Source: Candidatus Methylomirabilis sp. bin48 (GTDB lineage Bacteria; Methylomirabilota; Methylomirabilia; Methylomirabilales; Methylomirabilaceae). From it: DNA of 38,702 nucleotides. The translations under genes were made by a program, and so were the position numbers. The stretch is taken from contig JANGEZ010000081.1 of the NCBI GenBank assembly GCA_031838355.1, positions 1 through 38,702 of the forward strand, given 5' to 3'. How positions within the stretch are numbered: the first letter of the stretch is position 1; each line of letters starts with the position of its first letter. Positions 17,942-26,869 of this stretch are shown here, one piece after another. Under the pieces are notes generated by a model. It saw only the letters and a list, made by a program, of their open reading frames with translations. It ran no database searches and was not told where the DNA came from.

Positions 17942-19291
17942 TCATGAGACCAGCCGGAGAGCGGCGCCGTTGCCGTCACGGAGCTTCACGCGAAGCGTCT
18001 GGCGTGAGATGCCCAGGAGGTGGGCCGCCTGGGTCTTGTTGCCGTGGACTCGGGCTAGGACGCGATCGATATGGACCCGCTCTGCTGATGCCAGCGATTG
18101 ACACGACTCCGGGGTGGACATGATGGTATGCGTGGTCCGAAGGGCGTCGGGCAGGTGCTCAAGGCAGACCTCAGCCTGTCCTTGGGGGAGGACAATCAGC
18201 ATCGCCTCCGCAAGATGCTTCAACTCGCGCACGTTACCCGGCCAGGGGTAGCGTTGCAGCGCGTCAATGGCCTGGCGAGACATCTGCGGTGCCGGCACGC
18301 CAGCGGCGACAGCCGCCTGGCTGAGGAAGCGCTGCATCAGGGGTAGGATCTCCGCTGGTCGCTCGCGGAGCGGAGGCACCGTGAGGGGCACGGACCGCAG
18401 CCGGTAGTACAGATCGGCCCGGAAGCGGCCCCCCGCAACGTCTTGCTCAAGGGGGCGATTGGTGGCCGCGACGATCCGCACGTTGACCTGTGTTTCGCGG
18501 GTCGCTCCCACCCGGCGGAATGTCCCTGTTTCCAGGAATCGGAGCAGCTTGGCTTGGAGGGAGAGCGGCATATCGCCGATCTCGTCGAGGAAGAGTGTGC
18601 CTCGGTCGGCGAGCTCACAGAGGCCCGACTTCGCAGCCTTGGCGTCCGTAAACGCCCCTCGCTCGTGGCCGAACAGCTCGCTCTCGAAGAGATGATCCGA
18701 CAGGGCGGCGGCGTTGAGAGGAATGAACGGGTGGGCACAGCGCGGCGAGCCGTCATGCAGGGCCTTCGCCACCAGTTCCTTCCCGGTCCCGGTTTCACCT
18801 TGGATGAGGATGGTCTTGATGAGCGGGGACTTGGCGATCCGGACGATCATCTGCCACAGGCTGGCAGTCTGGGCGCTGACAATTACCTCTGGTGGAATCT
18901 TGGCATCGCGATCGGGCAGCGCGTGGACGTCGCCGGTGTGGGGCTGCCCCAGCGCCTGACGGACAGCCGCCAGCAGATCGGCCTCGTCGCACGGCCAGGC
19001 GAGGTAGTCTCTCGCCCCGGCTTTCATCGCTTCGACGGCGCTCCGATGCTCGGGATAGCGTGTGAGGATGATCACAGGAGTCGGCGAGGGCAGACGCTTC
19101 AGGAGCTCGATGCCGTTCAGGTCGGGAAGGATGAGCTCGGTGATCATAAGGTCGATCTGGGTGTTGCCGCAGAGTCCGAGGGCCGCGGCGGCCGTAGTGA
19201 CGGTGTGGACAAGGTGGCCTGAGTGCATGAGGAGAGTCCGCAATGGCTCGTGGGTGGACGCGTCGTCGAAGACAATCAGCATGCGGGCCAT
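17942..19291 (-). CDS. Sigma54-dependent NtrC/AtoC-type regulator with Asp-to-Glu at the receiver phosphoacceptor position
   Basis: REC DLMITELILPD, Walker A GETGTGKE, GAFTDA, FLDEIG, DLYYRL, Fis-type HTH GNKTQAAHLLGISRQTL. Confidence 0.92.
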   Translation of the reverse strand: MARMLIVFDDASTHEPLRTLLMHSGHLVHTVTTAAAALGLCGNTQIDLMITELILPDLNGIELLKRLPSPTPVIILTRYPEHRSAVEAMKAGARDYLAWPCDEADLLAAVRQALGQPHTGDVHALPDRDAKIPPEVIVSAQTASLWQMIVRIAKSPLIKTILIQGETGTGKELVAKALHDGSPRCAHPFIPLNAAALSDHLFESELFGHERGAFTDAKAAKSGLCELADRGTLFLDEIGDMPLSLQAKLLRFLETGTFRRVGATRETQVNVRIVAATNRPLEQDVAGGRFRADLYYRLRSVPLTVPPLRERPAEILPLMQRFLSQAAVAAGVPAPQMSRQAIDALQRYPWPGNVRELKHLAEAMLIVLPQGQAEVCLEHLPDALRTTHTIMSTPESCQSLASAERVHIDRVLARVHGNKTQAAHLLGISRQTLRVKLRDGNGAALRLVS

Positions 19292-19527
19292 CAGTGAGCG
19301 GCCTCCGGGATGCCGATCGGCCAATTTCTGGTGCGAGGGCGCGAGGCGGGGAGGGGGCTGAGGAGCGTCAGGAGCGGAATGCGCTGCTCTACGCGGCCAT
19401 ACCTGCGGCGGATTGAGACAGAGGCGTCGGGATGGAGGGTGACGATCACTGGGATGGGCTCGCCCTGCTCAGGCTGCAGCTGAAAAGCGCGTGTCACAGG
19501 TCGTGTGCTGGGTTGCCTAGTGGACAT
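19291..19527 (-). CDS. Small hypothetical protein
   Basis: 78 aa; start and stop overlap both neighbours by 1 nt (TAATG / TGATG); GGAGG RBS. Confidence 0.6.
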   Translation of the reverse strand: MSTRQPSTRPVTRAFQLQPEQGEPIPVIVTLHPDASVSIRRRYGRVEQRIPLLTLLSPLPASRPRTRNWPIGIPEAAH

Positions 19528-20096
19528 TAGACCTCCCGGGAATTGAGGCGAAACTGGCGCGAGAAAAAAAACGAGAGCACATCAGAAGACCACTCCCGGA
19601 GGGGCGGTAGGACGATGTGATTGCCTTTTAGACGGTAATAGAGACCAGTATGGAGCTGGCCGGCTTTTCGCCACTCCTCGACAGACCGGCTGCTTGTGGC
19701 TACCACACGTAGATCCACCCGAGTTTCCCGGATGGCTCCCGTACGCCGGTAGCACCCTTCTTCGATTGCGCCTAACAACTTGGCTTGGCAGGACAATGGC
19801 AAGCCTTCGATCTCCTCGATGAACAGCGTGCCCCCGTCGGCCATCCGGCATAGGCCTGGCGCGGGACTACAAGCTCGGCCGAACAGCTTTTGATGGACGA
19901 TCGCCTCAGGGCGGGTGACCGCGCGCAACGCGACGAACGGATACGTGTGTCTGAGCGATGTCGCATGGATCGCGTAGGCCACGAGTTCTGTGTTGATACC
20001 AGGCTCAGCGCAGATCACCATGGCCTTGATTTGGCTGGCGGCCATCAGTTTTATCCGGCTGATGGCGTTGTCTGGGGTGACGTGTACACGCACCAT
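19527..20096 (-). CDS. Stand-alone, catalytically degenerate sigma54-activator AAA domain
   Basis: Keeps ADGGTLF.EEI..LPL..QAKLL and LYYRL...LPPLRE, but Walker A reads AEPGINTE, the GAFTGA loop is absent, and there is no REC or HTH. Confidence 0.75.
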   Translation of the reverse strand: MVRVHVTPDNAISRIKLMAASQIKAMVICAEPGINTELVAYAIHATSLRHTYPFVALRAVTRPEAIVHQKLFGRACSPAPGLCRMADGGTLFIEEIEGLPLSCQAKLLGAIEEGCYRRTGAIRETRVDLRVVATSSRSVEEWRKAGQLHTGLYYRLKGNHIVLPPLREWSSDVLSFFFSRQFRLNSREV

Positions 20097-20605
20097 TAGG
20101 CCTCCTTCCGGAGAGCGTGGAACTGAGTCATCACACGCTGCGTCGCCAGAGCACCGGTCAGGTAGCGCAGGTTGTGCGCCGTCGCCTCATCGTCTAGATA
20201 GATCTGCCGGTCGACCTCGGTGTAGTTCGCGATCGTGACTACGGCATGGATTTCTTTGGTTTTACAGCTGCGGCAGCTCTCGTCGATCCGTTCTCCGGTG
20301 GGGCTCACGCCCCAGACGTGGCGCAAGATCTTCCCGTCGGCGCGTTCTGCAAAACCGATCACGAGTTGGCCGTCTGGGCCGAGGGCCCTGACGTTCTTGA
20401 CCCGGCAATCGCCAATGCCTGGCAGGTCGCGGTTCGTGACGTGTTCGAGGACGGCAACGGCTTCAGGAGCGAGGGCGTACAACGAGCCGAACGCCGAGAT
20501 TGAGGTGTACGCTTCGACGGCCCGTAGCGGCAGGGACTGGACACCGAGGAGGGCAAACGGGCGAAACGTGAGCGTGAGCAGCAAAAACATGATCATTCGA
20601 AGCAT
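20096..20605 (-). CDS. Hypothetical exported or membrane protein
   Basis: GGAGGT RBS before ATG 20605; hydrophobic N-terminus; TAATG coupling to the next gene. Confidence 0.6.
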   Translation of the reverse strand: MLRMIMFLLLTLTFRPFALLGVQSLPLRAVEAYTSISAFGSLYALAPEAVAVLEHVTNRDLPGIGDCRVKNVRALGPDGQLVIGFAERADGKILRHVWGVSPTGERIDESCRSCKTKEIHAVVTIANYTEVDRQIYLDDEATAHNLRYLTGALATQRVMTQFHALRKEA

Positions 20606-20637
20606 GGTGTACCTCCGGATAGGGTGTTGTTGAGTAG

Positions 20638-20775
20638 CCTCTGCATAAGAGGTCGTGTGCATTGTGTGCGGCGTCTCAGCGCATCCTCACTACATGTACG
20701 ACACGAGGCCGACGACTGCCCGGCGTGTGGTCGCAACTACGACAGTTCCGGCGGCGGTCCGGGTGGCTCCTGGGC
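20638..20775. repeat. Copy A of a diverged about 135 bp direct repeat (copy B at 29282-29413)
   Basis: The 40-nt block 20736-20775 matches 29374-29413 at 38/40; the block 20645-20666 matches 29289-29310 at 21/22. Confidence 0.9.
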
Positions 20776-22314
20776 GTCTCCGCCGCTCCAGGGGATGTCG
20801 GCGTTGGGTTGGCGGCGGCCCCTGCCGCGCTTACCCTGTGCGGGATTGAGAAATTCTTCACGGCCGACCGGGAGCGTGTGCAGGTGCAGCGGCTCGGGCA
20901 CAGGAATGGGATCATAGTGTGTTGGAGGGCGAGGAATGTCGATGCCAGGCCGGATCTGCTCGCGCTTGCGGCCGGCGGGGACTTTGACTCGGTAAATCTC
21001 TCCGTCGATCTTCGCGATCAGCTCCCCCACGCCGAGGCCTTCTTCGTACAGCTCATTTTTGCCCATCAGGATGTCAGGCTGGACCAGGTAGCGAGCCGGC
21101 ATGATGCGACTGACAAAGGGCATGGGAGGATACTCTCCAATAATCTTGGCCAGCGATTCCGCCGTGTCTTTGGATTTGACTTGCATGATGATTTTGGAGG
21201 CGGTGTTGTCGAGGAGGGCTGCTCCGAAGGCCGCCGTTCTCATCTGGAATTCCAGGTCGGCGAGCGTCTGGTGGGAGACGACGAGAGAGACACCGGCAGA
21301 GCGAGCTTTATTGAAGAGGTCAAGGACCGATGGGAAGGCGAGCTCCTGAAATTCATCGATTACGATCGCAAATTTAGCTGGCTTGGCCTGGAAGGCCTGG
21401 ATGTCGGCGAAGATGTGTTTGAGCTCGGCCAGAAGGAGCCGGCCGATCCAGCGCATAGCGTCCTTGGCGTACATGGAAGGAAGGAAGCAGTAGATCACCT
21501 TCCGGCTTTCGACGGCGTGCGCGAGATCGAGCGTCGGCTGCGTGGCATTGCAAATGGATTCTGGGAGTCCTGAGGAGAGACTCTGGAAGGCGACTTTGGT
21601 GCCTTTAACATACGCTGTGTAGACTCGGGGATTACTCTGCCATTCAGAGATGATATTCTCGATCATCGCCCTTCCACGGCCATTGGGCGGCGTGATAGCG
21701 GCCAGCTGCTTGAGCGTGTTCGGTGAGGAGAGTGCGTACGACAGATCCCTGAACGTCGTGACGCGGCCTGTATCCTTGCAAGCGCTCATGAGCGACATAA
21801 TGATGTCGGCTTTGACCTTCTCCCAAAATTCAGCTTCTGGCGAGGGGTTGTAGAAGGCGTCGGCGAGGCGCGCCGTCACGAGTGAGGCGTCCCCGCTCAA
21901 CAGGGGATTCCAGGTGGCGGTGTGCGTGCAAAACTTGTCGGACAGAATCGGGCTGAGATAAACAAAATCCTTTTCCCGTCCTGACGCCACGCAGGCCCTC
22001 CACAGATCCCACATCAGCTCCGGCTCACCCTTGAGATCGATGAGGAGCACCCCGTAGCCGGCCTTGACGAACTGATAGCCGACATGGCGTTGCAAGACCG
22101 TCTTGCCGGAGCCAGTGGAGCCCAAGATGTAGGCGTGCCTATTCAGCGTGGACCAGGGAATCACGACGGCAGCATCTGCTATATCGTCGAAGATCGAATG
22201 GCCCATGCCCAGGATCAGACCGGGCGCAGTGGAACGCCGGGGAGAAGCTGGGGTAGACGGAGACGGCGGCGGAAGCAAGTGGCGGCCAATATTGAACAGG
22301 CTAGGCCAGATCAT
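20737..22314 (-). CDS. Type IV coupling protein (TraD/VirD4-like ATPase) without N-terminal membrane helices
   Basis: HAYILGSTGSGKT Walker A, IDLKG, WNPL, IDEF Walker B, KARSAGV...HQTLADL, DNT...DTAE.LA. Confidence 0.88.
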   Translation of the reverse strand: MIWPSLFNIGRHLLPPPSPSTPASPRRSTAPGLILGMGHSIFDDIADAAVVIPWSTLNRHAYILGSTGSGKTVLQRHVGYQFVKAGYGVLLIDLKGEPELMWDLWRACVASGREKDFVYLSPILSDKFCTHTATWNPLLSGDASLVTARLADAFYNPSPEAEFWEKVKADIIMSLMSACKDTGRVTTFRDLSYALSSPNTLKQLAAITPPNGRGRAMIENIISEWQSNPRVYTAYVKGTKVAFQSLSSGLPESICNATQPTLDLAHAVESRKVIYCFLPSMYAKDAMRWIGRLLLAELKHIFADIQAFQAKPAKFAIVIDEFQELAFPSVLDLFNKARSAGVSLVVSHQTLADLEFQMRTAAFGAALLDNTASKIIMQVKSKDTAESLAKIIGEYPPMPFVSRIMPARYLVQPDILMGKNELYEEGLGVGELIAKIDGEIYRVKVPAGRKREQIRPGIDIPRPPTHYDPIPVPEPLHLHTLPVGREEFLNPAQGKRGRGRRQPNADIPWSGGDAQEPPGPPPELS

Positions 22315-23017
22315 CGAGTTCCTCCTCGACCCGGCGTTGCGTCTGAGCGGTCTTCAGCATCCGCTGCCGGCGACGCCACCACCAGAGCCAGAACAGCGTG
22401 CCAACGATGGAGCCCACGAGCGGGATCACTCGGGCATGCCACAGGAAGTTCCAGAGCCCAACGTAGTAGCCTTTAGAATATTGCTCCGCGACAAAGGCAA
22501 CAGGCGGATTCGGCACGGGTGAGACCAAGCTCCGCTCCTCGTAGCGTTTGTACTCTGGATCTCCTTCTGGCGGCTCGACAGGCGCAGCAGGACGGGCCGC
22601 ATGTGAGGGCGGGGTTCGGTGCGTCGGCACTTTCACCTGCATGCGCCGACGGGCAGCCTGGATTTCGCTATCGAAATCCTGCCACTGCTCACTAAAGCGA
22701 CGGTCAAAGTCGTCATCGCTCGCACGGGGGATGTCGTCCAAGGGCGAGGCGGGCGACTCCTGGGGGCGGCGATCCGGTGGGCGAGCACGTTCGTCTCGAT
22801 GGAAGTTGCGGTCGAACGTGTCCCATTCGCGGTCGAATTCGCGTGAGACGCTATCGTTTTCGAAAAAGCCGCGGATGATGTGGACCCCGAGGGCCGTATG
22901 GTAAAAATCGTTCCACTTGTCAACGACTGCGTCGACTCGCCGAAAGGCGGTCCAGGCCATAAGTACGAGACCCGCGATCACGGCCATCCGCCACATCATG
23001 CGACGAGAGAGAAACAT
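22301..23017 (-). CDS. Two-TM membrane protein between relaxase and coupling protein
   Basis: Hydrophobic helices at both termini; overlaps the coupling protein start; GAGGAGG RBS. Confidence 0.65.
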   Translation of the reverse strand: MFLSRRMMWRMAVIAGLVLMAWTAFRRVDAVVDKWNDFYHTALGVHIIRGFFENDSVSREFDREWDTFDRNFHRDERARPPDRRPQESPASPLDDIPRASDDDFDRRFSEQWQDFDSEIQAARRRMQVKVPTHRTPPSHAARPAAPVEPPEGDPEYKRYEERSLVSPVPNPPVAFVAEQYSKGYYVGLWNFLWHARVIPLVGSIVGTLFWLWWWRRRQRMLKTAQTQRRVEEELDDLA

Positions 23018-23019
23018 CG

Positions 23020-24348
23020 CTACACCTCCTCGAGTACGTAGGTGGCTGGCGTCCTCGGAACCGATACGACAGGCGACTCCGAGACCAGGCTTCCCGTGAC
23101 GTTCAACGCGACAGCGCCGCCCTTAAAAGACGGTTGAGTCCCTGGGAAGAGACGAGAAAGTCTGAAGCAGAGGCAGTTCAGGTGCCGGGGGTGTGGGTCT
23201 TGCGGAAACCGGATATCCATCGTCACAAAATGCTTCCGGCCGTCGTCGGCTTTCAGGGCCACAAGGTTCGCCCTGTCGAGGGCCTCCATGAAGATGGCCT
23301 CCGGGACATCCCGGCCCAGACGACGAGTGACGAGTGCGAGCAGATCCATCGTGAAGCGTGGGTTGACGACGCAGATGGTGTCGGAGGCGGCAAACACAAA
23401 GAAGCAAAAGTTCTCCTGCCATTCTTTGGTGATTTTGAAGCGTAGGCAGTCGAGGTAGACCCCCAGGAAATCCTGATGTGGGGGTGAGGGGATGACGAGT
23501 GATTGAGCCGCAGAGGCAGGATCCTGGGAGAACATCTGACGAGGAGCAGGGATGACTGTTGCGACCCGATGGGACGCCTGGTGAGGAACGGCAATGGCTC
23601 CTGGAGCTGGCACTGCGACGGGGGCAGGGGCCGTCATGGCGTCGAGGGAGGCCTTCGTCGAGAGCCCGTCGGCGTCACGGAGCGCTAGGAGCATGGGATT
23701 GGAGCTTGTTGTCTGGGTGACATGGGAGAGGGCGAGGGCTTCCACGATCTCACCCAGCAGGGCCGGGCCGAGCTTGATGATCAACTCCTCCCCGAGGAGA
23801 GGATAGATCAGCAGGGTGGAGAGGAAGTGGTGGCGATACGAGCCCCCCTCCGGGGCCTTCCCGGTGATCTTATAGCCGTCCGTGAGAGGCTGGAGGAGCA
23901 GGGGGTGGAAGTCGTACCCGGCTGTTTCCACTCGGAACTGCGCAATCTTTCCCACGTCGTGCAACAATCCAACCAAGAAGGACCCGATTCTATAGGGTTT
24001 GTCTTGGGAGTATTTGGCGATGTGGGTCACGCAGGAGGCCGCCACGTCGAACGAGTGACGCCAGAGGCCTCCAGGGTCGGAATCGTGATGCTTGACGGAC
24101 GCGGGATATCGGTTGGTGAGCTGATAGATCCGGCGCACAACTGGCAGGACCATCTGAGCCTCGTACCCCACCAAGCGCTGGACCTCCCGGGAGATCTCTT
24201 GAGCGCCATTGGCGAATGGCTTGTCAGAAATCTTAAGAGATGTATTGTCTTTCCTGATTTGGTCCGCTGTTTCGCCAGTGGCGAACTCGCGGCGAGCCGC
24301 TTCAGATGATTTCTGTCTCTTAGTTTTGTCGCTGAACCAGAGTCCCAT
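23020..24348 (-). CDS. HD-domain conjugative relaxase (MOBH / TraI_2 family)
   Basis: PASVKHHDSDPGGLWRHS.DVA and LLHDVGKI are MOBH motifs; downstream H...LRDAD. Confidence 0.85.
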   Translation of the reverse strand: MGLWFSDKTKRQKSSEAARREFATGETADQIRKDNTSLKISDKPFANGAQEISREVQRLVGYEAQMVLPVVRRIYQLTNRYPASVKHHDSDPGGLWRHSFDVAASCVTHIAKYSQDKPYRIGSFLVGLLHDVGKIAQFRVETAGYDFHPLLLQPLTDGYKITGKAPEGGSYRHHFLSTLLIYPLLGEELIIKLGPALLGEIVEALALSHVTQTTSSNPMLLALRDADGLSTKASLDAMTAPAPVAVPAPGAIAVPHQASHRVATVIPAPRQMFSQDPASAAQSLVIPSPPHQDFLGVYLDCLRFKITKEWQENFCFFVFAASDTICVVNPRFTMDLLALVTRRLGRDVPEAIFMEALDRANLVALKADDGRKHFVTMDIRFPQDPHPRHLNCLCFRLSRLFPGTQPSFKGGAVALNVTGSLVSESPVVSVPRTPATYVLEEV

Positions 24349-24358
24349 TATGATGCTC

Positions 24359-24416
24359 CGATTTTTAGGGTACCTTTAAATCGAGATGGTCAAATCGATT
24401 TTTAGGTACCCTTTTA
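24359..24416. promoter_or_regulatory. AT-rich imperfect inverted repeat upstream of the relaxase (candidate oriT or operator)
   Basis: agggtacctttaaatcga - gatggtcaaa - tcgatttttaggtaccct; each arm contains the GGTACC palindrome. Confidence 0.5.
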
Positions 24417-24656
24417 ATACTCACACTGGCCGTAGTCAGCGAGCGACGACCCACGTCCTGCCGATGGTTTGTTCCGCTTGACCGGGCTGACGGGGTTGTT
24501 TCCACGAAGCACCGCCTTGATCCAGGCAGCCCGAGCACCTCGCGGACACTCTTCAAATGCACGGATGAGGTCTGCATCGCGCTCCGGGTGTAAGATAAAC
24601 TTTACGTGCACGATGTGCGGCGTCATGGAACGCTGTGGGCGGCCACGCTTAGGCAT
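24414..24656 (-). CDS. ParR-like (ribbon-helix-helix) partition adaptor
   Basis: 80 aa starting MPKRGRP; V.F.LHPERDADLI..FE..PRG.RAAWIK..LR; overlaps the parM stop. Confidence 0.65.
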   Translation of the reverse strand: MPKRGRPQRSMTPHIVHVKFILHPERDADLIRAFEECPRGARAAWIKAVLRGNNPVSPVKRNKPSAGRGSSLADYGQCEY

Positions 24657-25632
24657 CACCCGCTCCGCGATGCGCCTGATGCAGCGCATACTTGAACAAC
24701 CCGCGCGCCGTGGCAATGACCGGATCATCAGGCACCAACAACAAATCGCCAAAGAGACCCCGCAAGGACTCTTCCAACAGCACCGCCCCACCTCCAACAG
24801 CAACGACGCGGGCAAATCGCTGCCACGACAGACCCCAGACAGACTCAATGACCCCCAGCACCTCTCGCGCCCAGACGCCCTTCTTGGCGCCGAGGTCAAG
24901 ATCGCCTTCTCGCAGGGCCTGATCGAGCTCCGGGATTGTCGAGAGGCCATCGCGATTGCATAGCGACAGCAGGCGGCGAACGCCTCCCTGGCTGCCGCCG
25001 CTCAGCCCCTCGATCAGCTCACCTTTGCGGGCCACGAGAACATCGACGGTGTTCATCCCGATGTTGACCACCCCAATCCTGCGCTTCTGCGCTATCTTAC
25101 CCAGCGGCGACACGTCACCATCCGAGTCGAACAGACTATCCAGTAGCGCGCCAACCGGCTGCGCCAGAATACGAACGTGCGAAACCGTGACCGTCTGGGG
25201 CGCTCCATCCACGCTCCACCGATGTTCTCCCTCGAGCCATCTGCGGACATCGCGTACCATCGCCTGTACGCGCTCAACCTCTCCTTGGAGTACCGCGAGT
25301 GGTAATCCGACCACCAGGTGGATGGGATCTGCGGGCAACCCGAGCCGGCTGAATGCTCCATAGGTCGCAGCCCGCAGTTCAGGCGAGCCAGTTAGACGGT
25401 CAAAATCGAGCGTGGCAACCGCCCGCCCCCAATCGCACGAGCGATCCCCGACATAGAATGCCCCGTCGCTGGTCTCCACCAACATTGGAGGTTTGCTCTG
25501 TTTCAGGCCGGCCCCCTGGATCTGGCCCAATCGAATAGGCGTGGCGACTGACGAGGGCACGACGAGACAGCCCTTCTCGCAAAACAACTTGATCGCCCCG
25601 AATCCTGGGTCCAGCGCAATGATCGTCTTCAT
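24649..25632 (-). CDS. parM: ParM/StbA-family actin-like partition ATPase
   Basis: ALDPGFGAIK (phosphate 1), LVVGLP, AQPVGA, NIGMNTVD (phosphate 2), AVGGGA (adenosine). Confidence 0.88.
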   Translation of the reverse strand: MKTIIALDPGFGAIKLFCEKGCLVVPSSVATPIRLGQIQGAGLKQSKPPMLVETSDGAFYVGDRSCDWGRAVATLDFDRLTGSPELRAATYGAFSRLGLPADPIHLVVGLPLAVLQGEVERVQAMVRDVRRWLEGEHRWSVDGAPQTVTVSHVRILAQPVGALLDSLFDSDGDVSPLGKIAQKRRIGVVNIGMNTVDVLVARKGELIEGLSGGSQGGVRRLLSLCNRDGLSTIPELDQALREGDLDLGAKKGVWAREVLGVIESVWGLSWQRFARVVAVGGGAVLLEESLRGLFGDLLLVPDDPVIATARGLFKYALHQAHRGAGDA

Positions 25633-26003
25633 GCCCTCGCCCTCCCTTTGTTGAGAAGGGACGCCATCTCCCGCCCAGCATCACTGTCGCTGCCTGCGCC
25701 AAGTGCCCGTTCCGTCCGGCGGCGCTCTTTGACGATACCGACGGCCTGGGCGTAGTACCGATCCAACGTCCGGCTTGAGCGGCGCCGGCCGAATTCTTCT
25801 TGGCAGGCGGCACGATCGAACACCCCGCTCAGCAAATCACTGACCATTCGCTGGACGATGCTCTGGCGGAAATCTACCTGGTCGGAGATCAGCGGGACGT
25901 AGACCGTCCGGCCCCCAAGCCCCATGGCGTTTAAGCGCTGCACGATATCACCCGGTAGCGTGTGTCCCCTCTGCCGGCCGTTCTTGCTTGGTGCGGTCTT
26001 CAT
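25629..26003 (-). CDS. Mor/C-like transcription activator (tentative)
   Basis: LGGRTVYVP matches the Mor-family GG..(I/V)Y(I/V)P motif, followed by a possible HTH (SSRTLDRYY). ATGA-coupled on both sides. Confidence 0.5.
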   Translation of the reverse strand: MKTAPSKNGRQRGHTLPGDIVQRLNAMGLGGRTVYVPLISDQVDFRQSIVQRMVSDLLSGVFDRAACQEEFGRRRSSRTLDRYYAQAVGIVKERRRTERALGAGSDSDAGREMASLLNKGRARA

Positions 26004-26404
26004 TTCAGCTCTACCCCCTCTGCCGGCCGTGAAGCCGGGGCGGGCTGTCTTTTCCTCGCCGGTCGCCCCAGCACTCGATTTGCGTTCTCAATGATCGCCT
26101 CGATCTGCTTCAGCACCTCGCCCACCCTCTGGGCATGCGCGGCGTAGTCCTGCGGTGCTGAGAGCACCCAGGCTTGGCGAGTGAAGAGTTGCTCGTCGAG
26201 CGCGTTGAGGCGCCGCCAGGCTAAGAGCATTTTCCGGCTCATCAGCGTGCCGGGCGCCACCCCCTCGAATCCTATCTGCGTCACTTGCCGCGCCGCCTTC
26301 TGGCTCATGACGGCGGCAAATTCGGTGGTAATACTCGGCGTGCGTCCACGGCTATTTCCGTCGCTAGTTGTCGCTGTTGCCCCCTCGTTGTTCGCTTCGT
26401 TCAT
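26000..26404 (-). CDS. Hypothetical helical protein of the plasmid backbone
   Basis: Strong AAGGAGGGAG RBS; coupled to the downstream gene. Confidence 0.65.
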   Translation of the reverse strand: MNEANNEGATATTSDGNSRGRTPSITTEFAAVMSQKAARQVTQIGFEGVAPGTLMSRKMLLAWRRLNALDEQLFTRQAWVLSAPQDYAAHAQRVGEVLKQIEAIIENANRVLGRPARKRQPAPASRPAEGVELK

Positions 26405-26449
26405 CTTCTCCCTCCTTACTTGGCTTAGTGGTTCACTATGGTTACACGG

Positions 26450-26869
26450 TTAGTTCAGTACACTGTCGTCCCACGGGCCTGCGAAAGTAACCTTGTCCGC
26501 CTCGCGCTGCCGCTCTTGGACAACTCGCTCAACTGCGTCCTGGATCGCTTTGGCGCTCACACCTGCGCGCTCCAATAAGGCCGGACATGACTCTGCCCAG
26601 ATGCCTGGCTCGTACCCAAAGCTGCTCGACGCGTCTGATACCACCAGGCCGACGGGCAGACGGCCCGCTGTGAATTCTTGCCACATTGTCGGCAGGTAGT
26701 GTTGCTCCCACAGTTCCCCCGGCGGCATCTCCGACGCGCCGTGGGAGAGCAGGACGGCGATGTGGCCGGCATAGACCATCACGATGCCGACAGGGCAGAT
26801 GCCGTCTTTAAGTGCGAGCGTTTTCCACGCCGCGAGTGCCTGCTCAATGTCACATTCAACCTTGTTCAT
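26450..26869 (-). CDS. Hypothetical protein
   Basis: CAGGAG RBS before ATG 26869; co-oriented with the backbone. Confidence 0.55.
   Translation of the reverse strand: MNKVECDIEQALAAWKTLALKDGICPVGIVMVYAGHIAVLLSHGASEMPPGELWEQHYLPTMWQEFTAGRLPVGLVVSDASSSFGYEPGIWAESCPALLERAGVSAKAIQDAVERVVQERQREADKVTFAGPWDDSVLN

Noticed and set aside
369-20640. Sigma54 (TGGCAC-N5-TTGC) or sigma28 (TAAA-N15-GCCGATAA) promoters in the cargo
   Set aside because: Only partial matches found by eye (e.g. GCCGACAA at about 11566-11573 sits between RBS and start and has no -35). A PWM scan is needed.
20638-20775. Direct repeat as a known riboswitch (c-di-GMP or c-di-AMP)
   Set aside because: I could not match the consensus motifs of those families on either strand; an Rfam/Infernal search would settle it.
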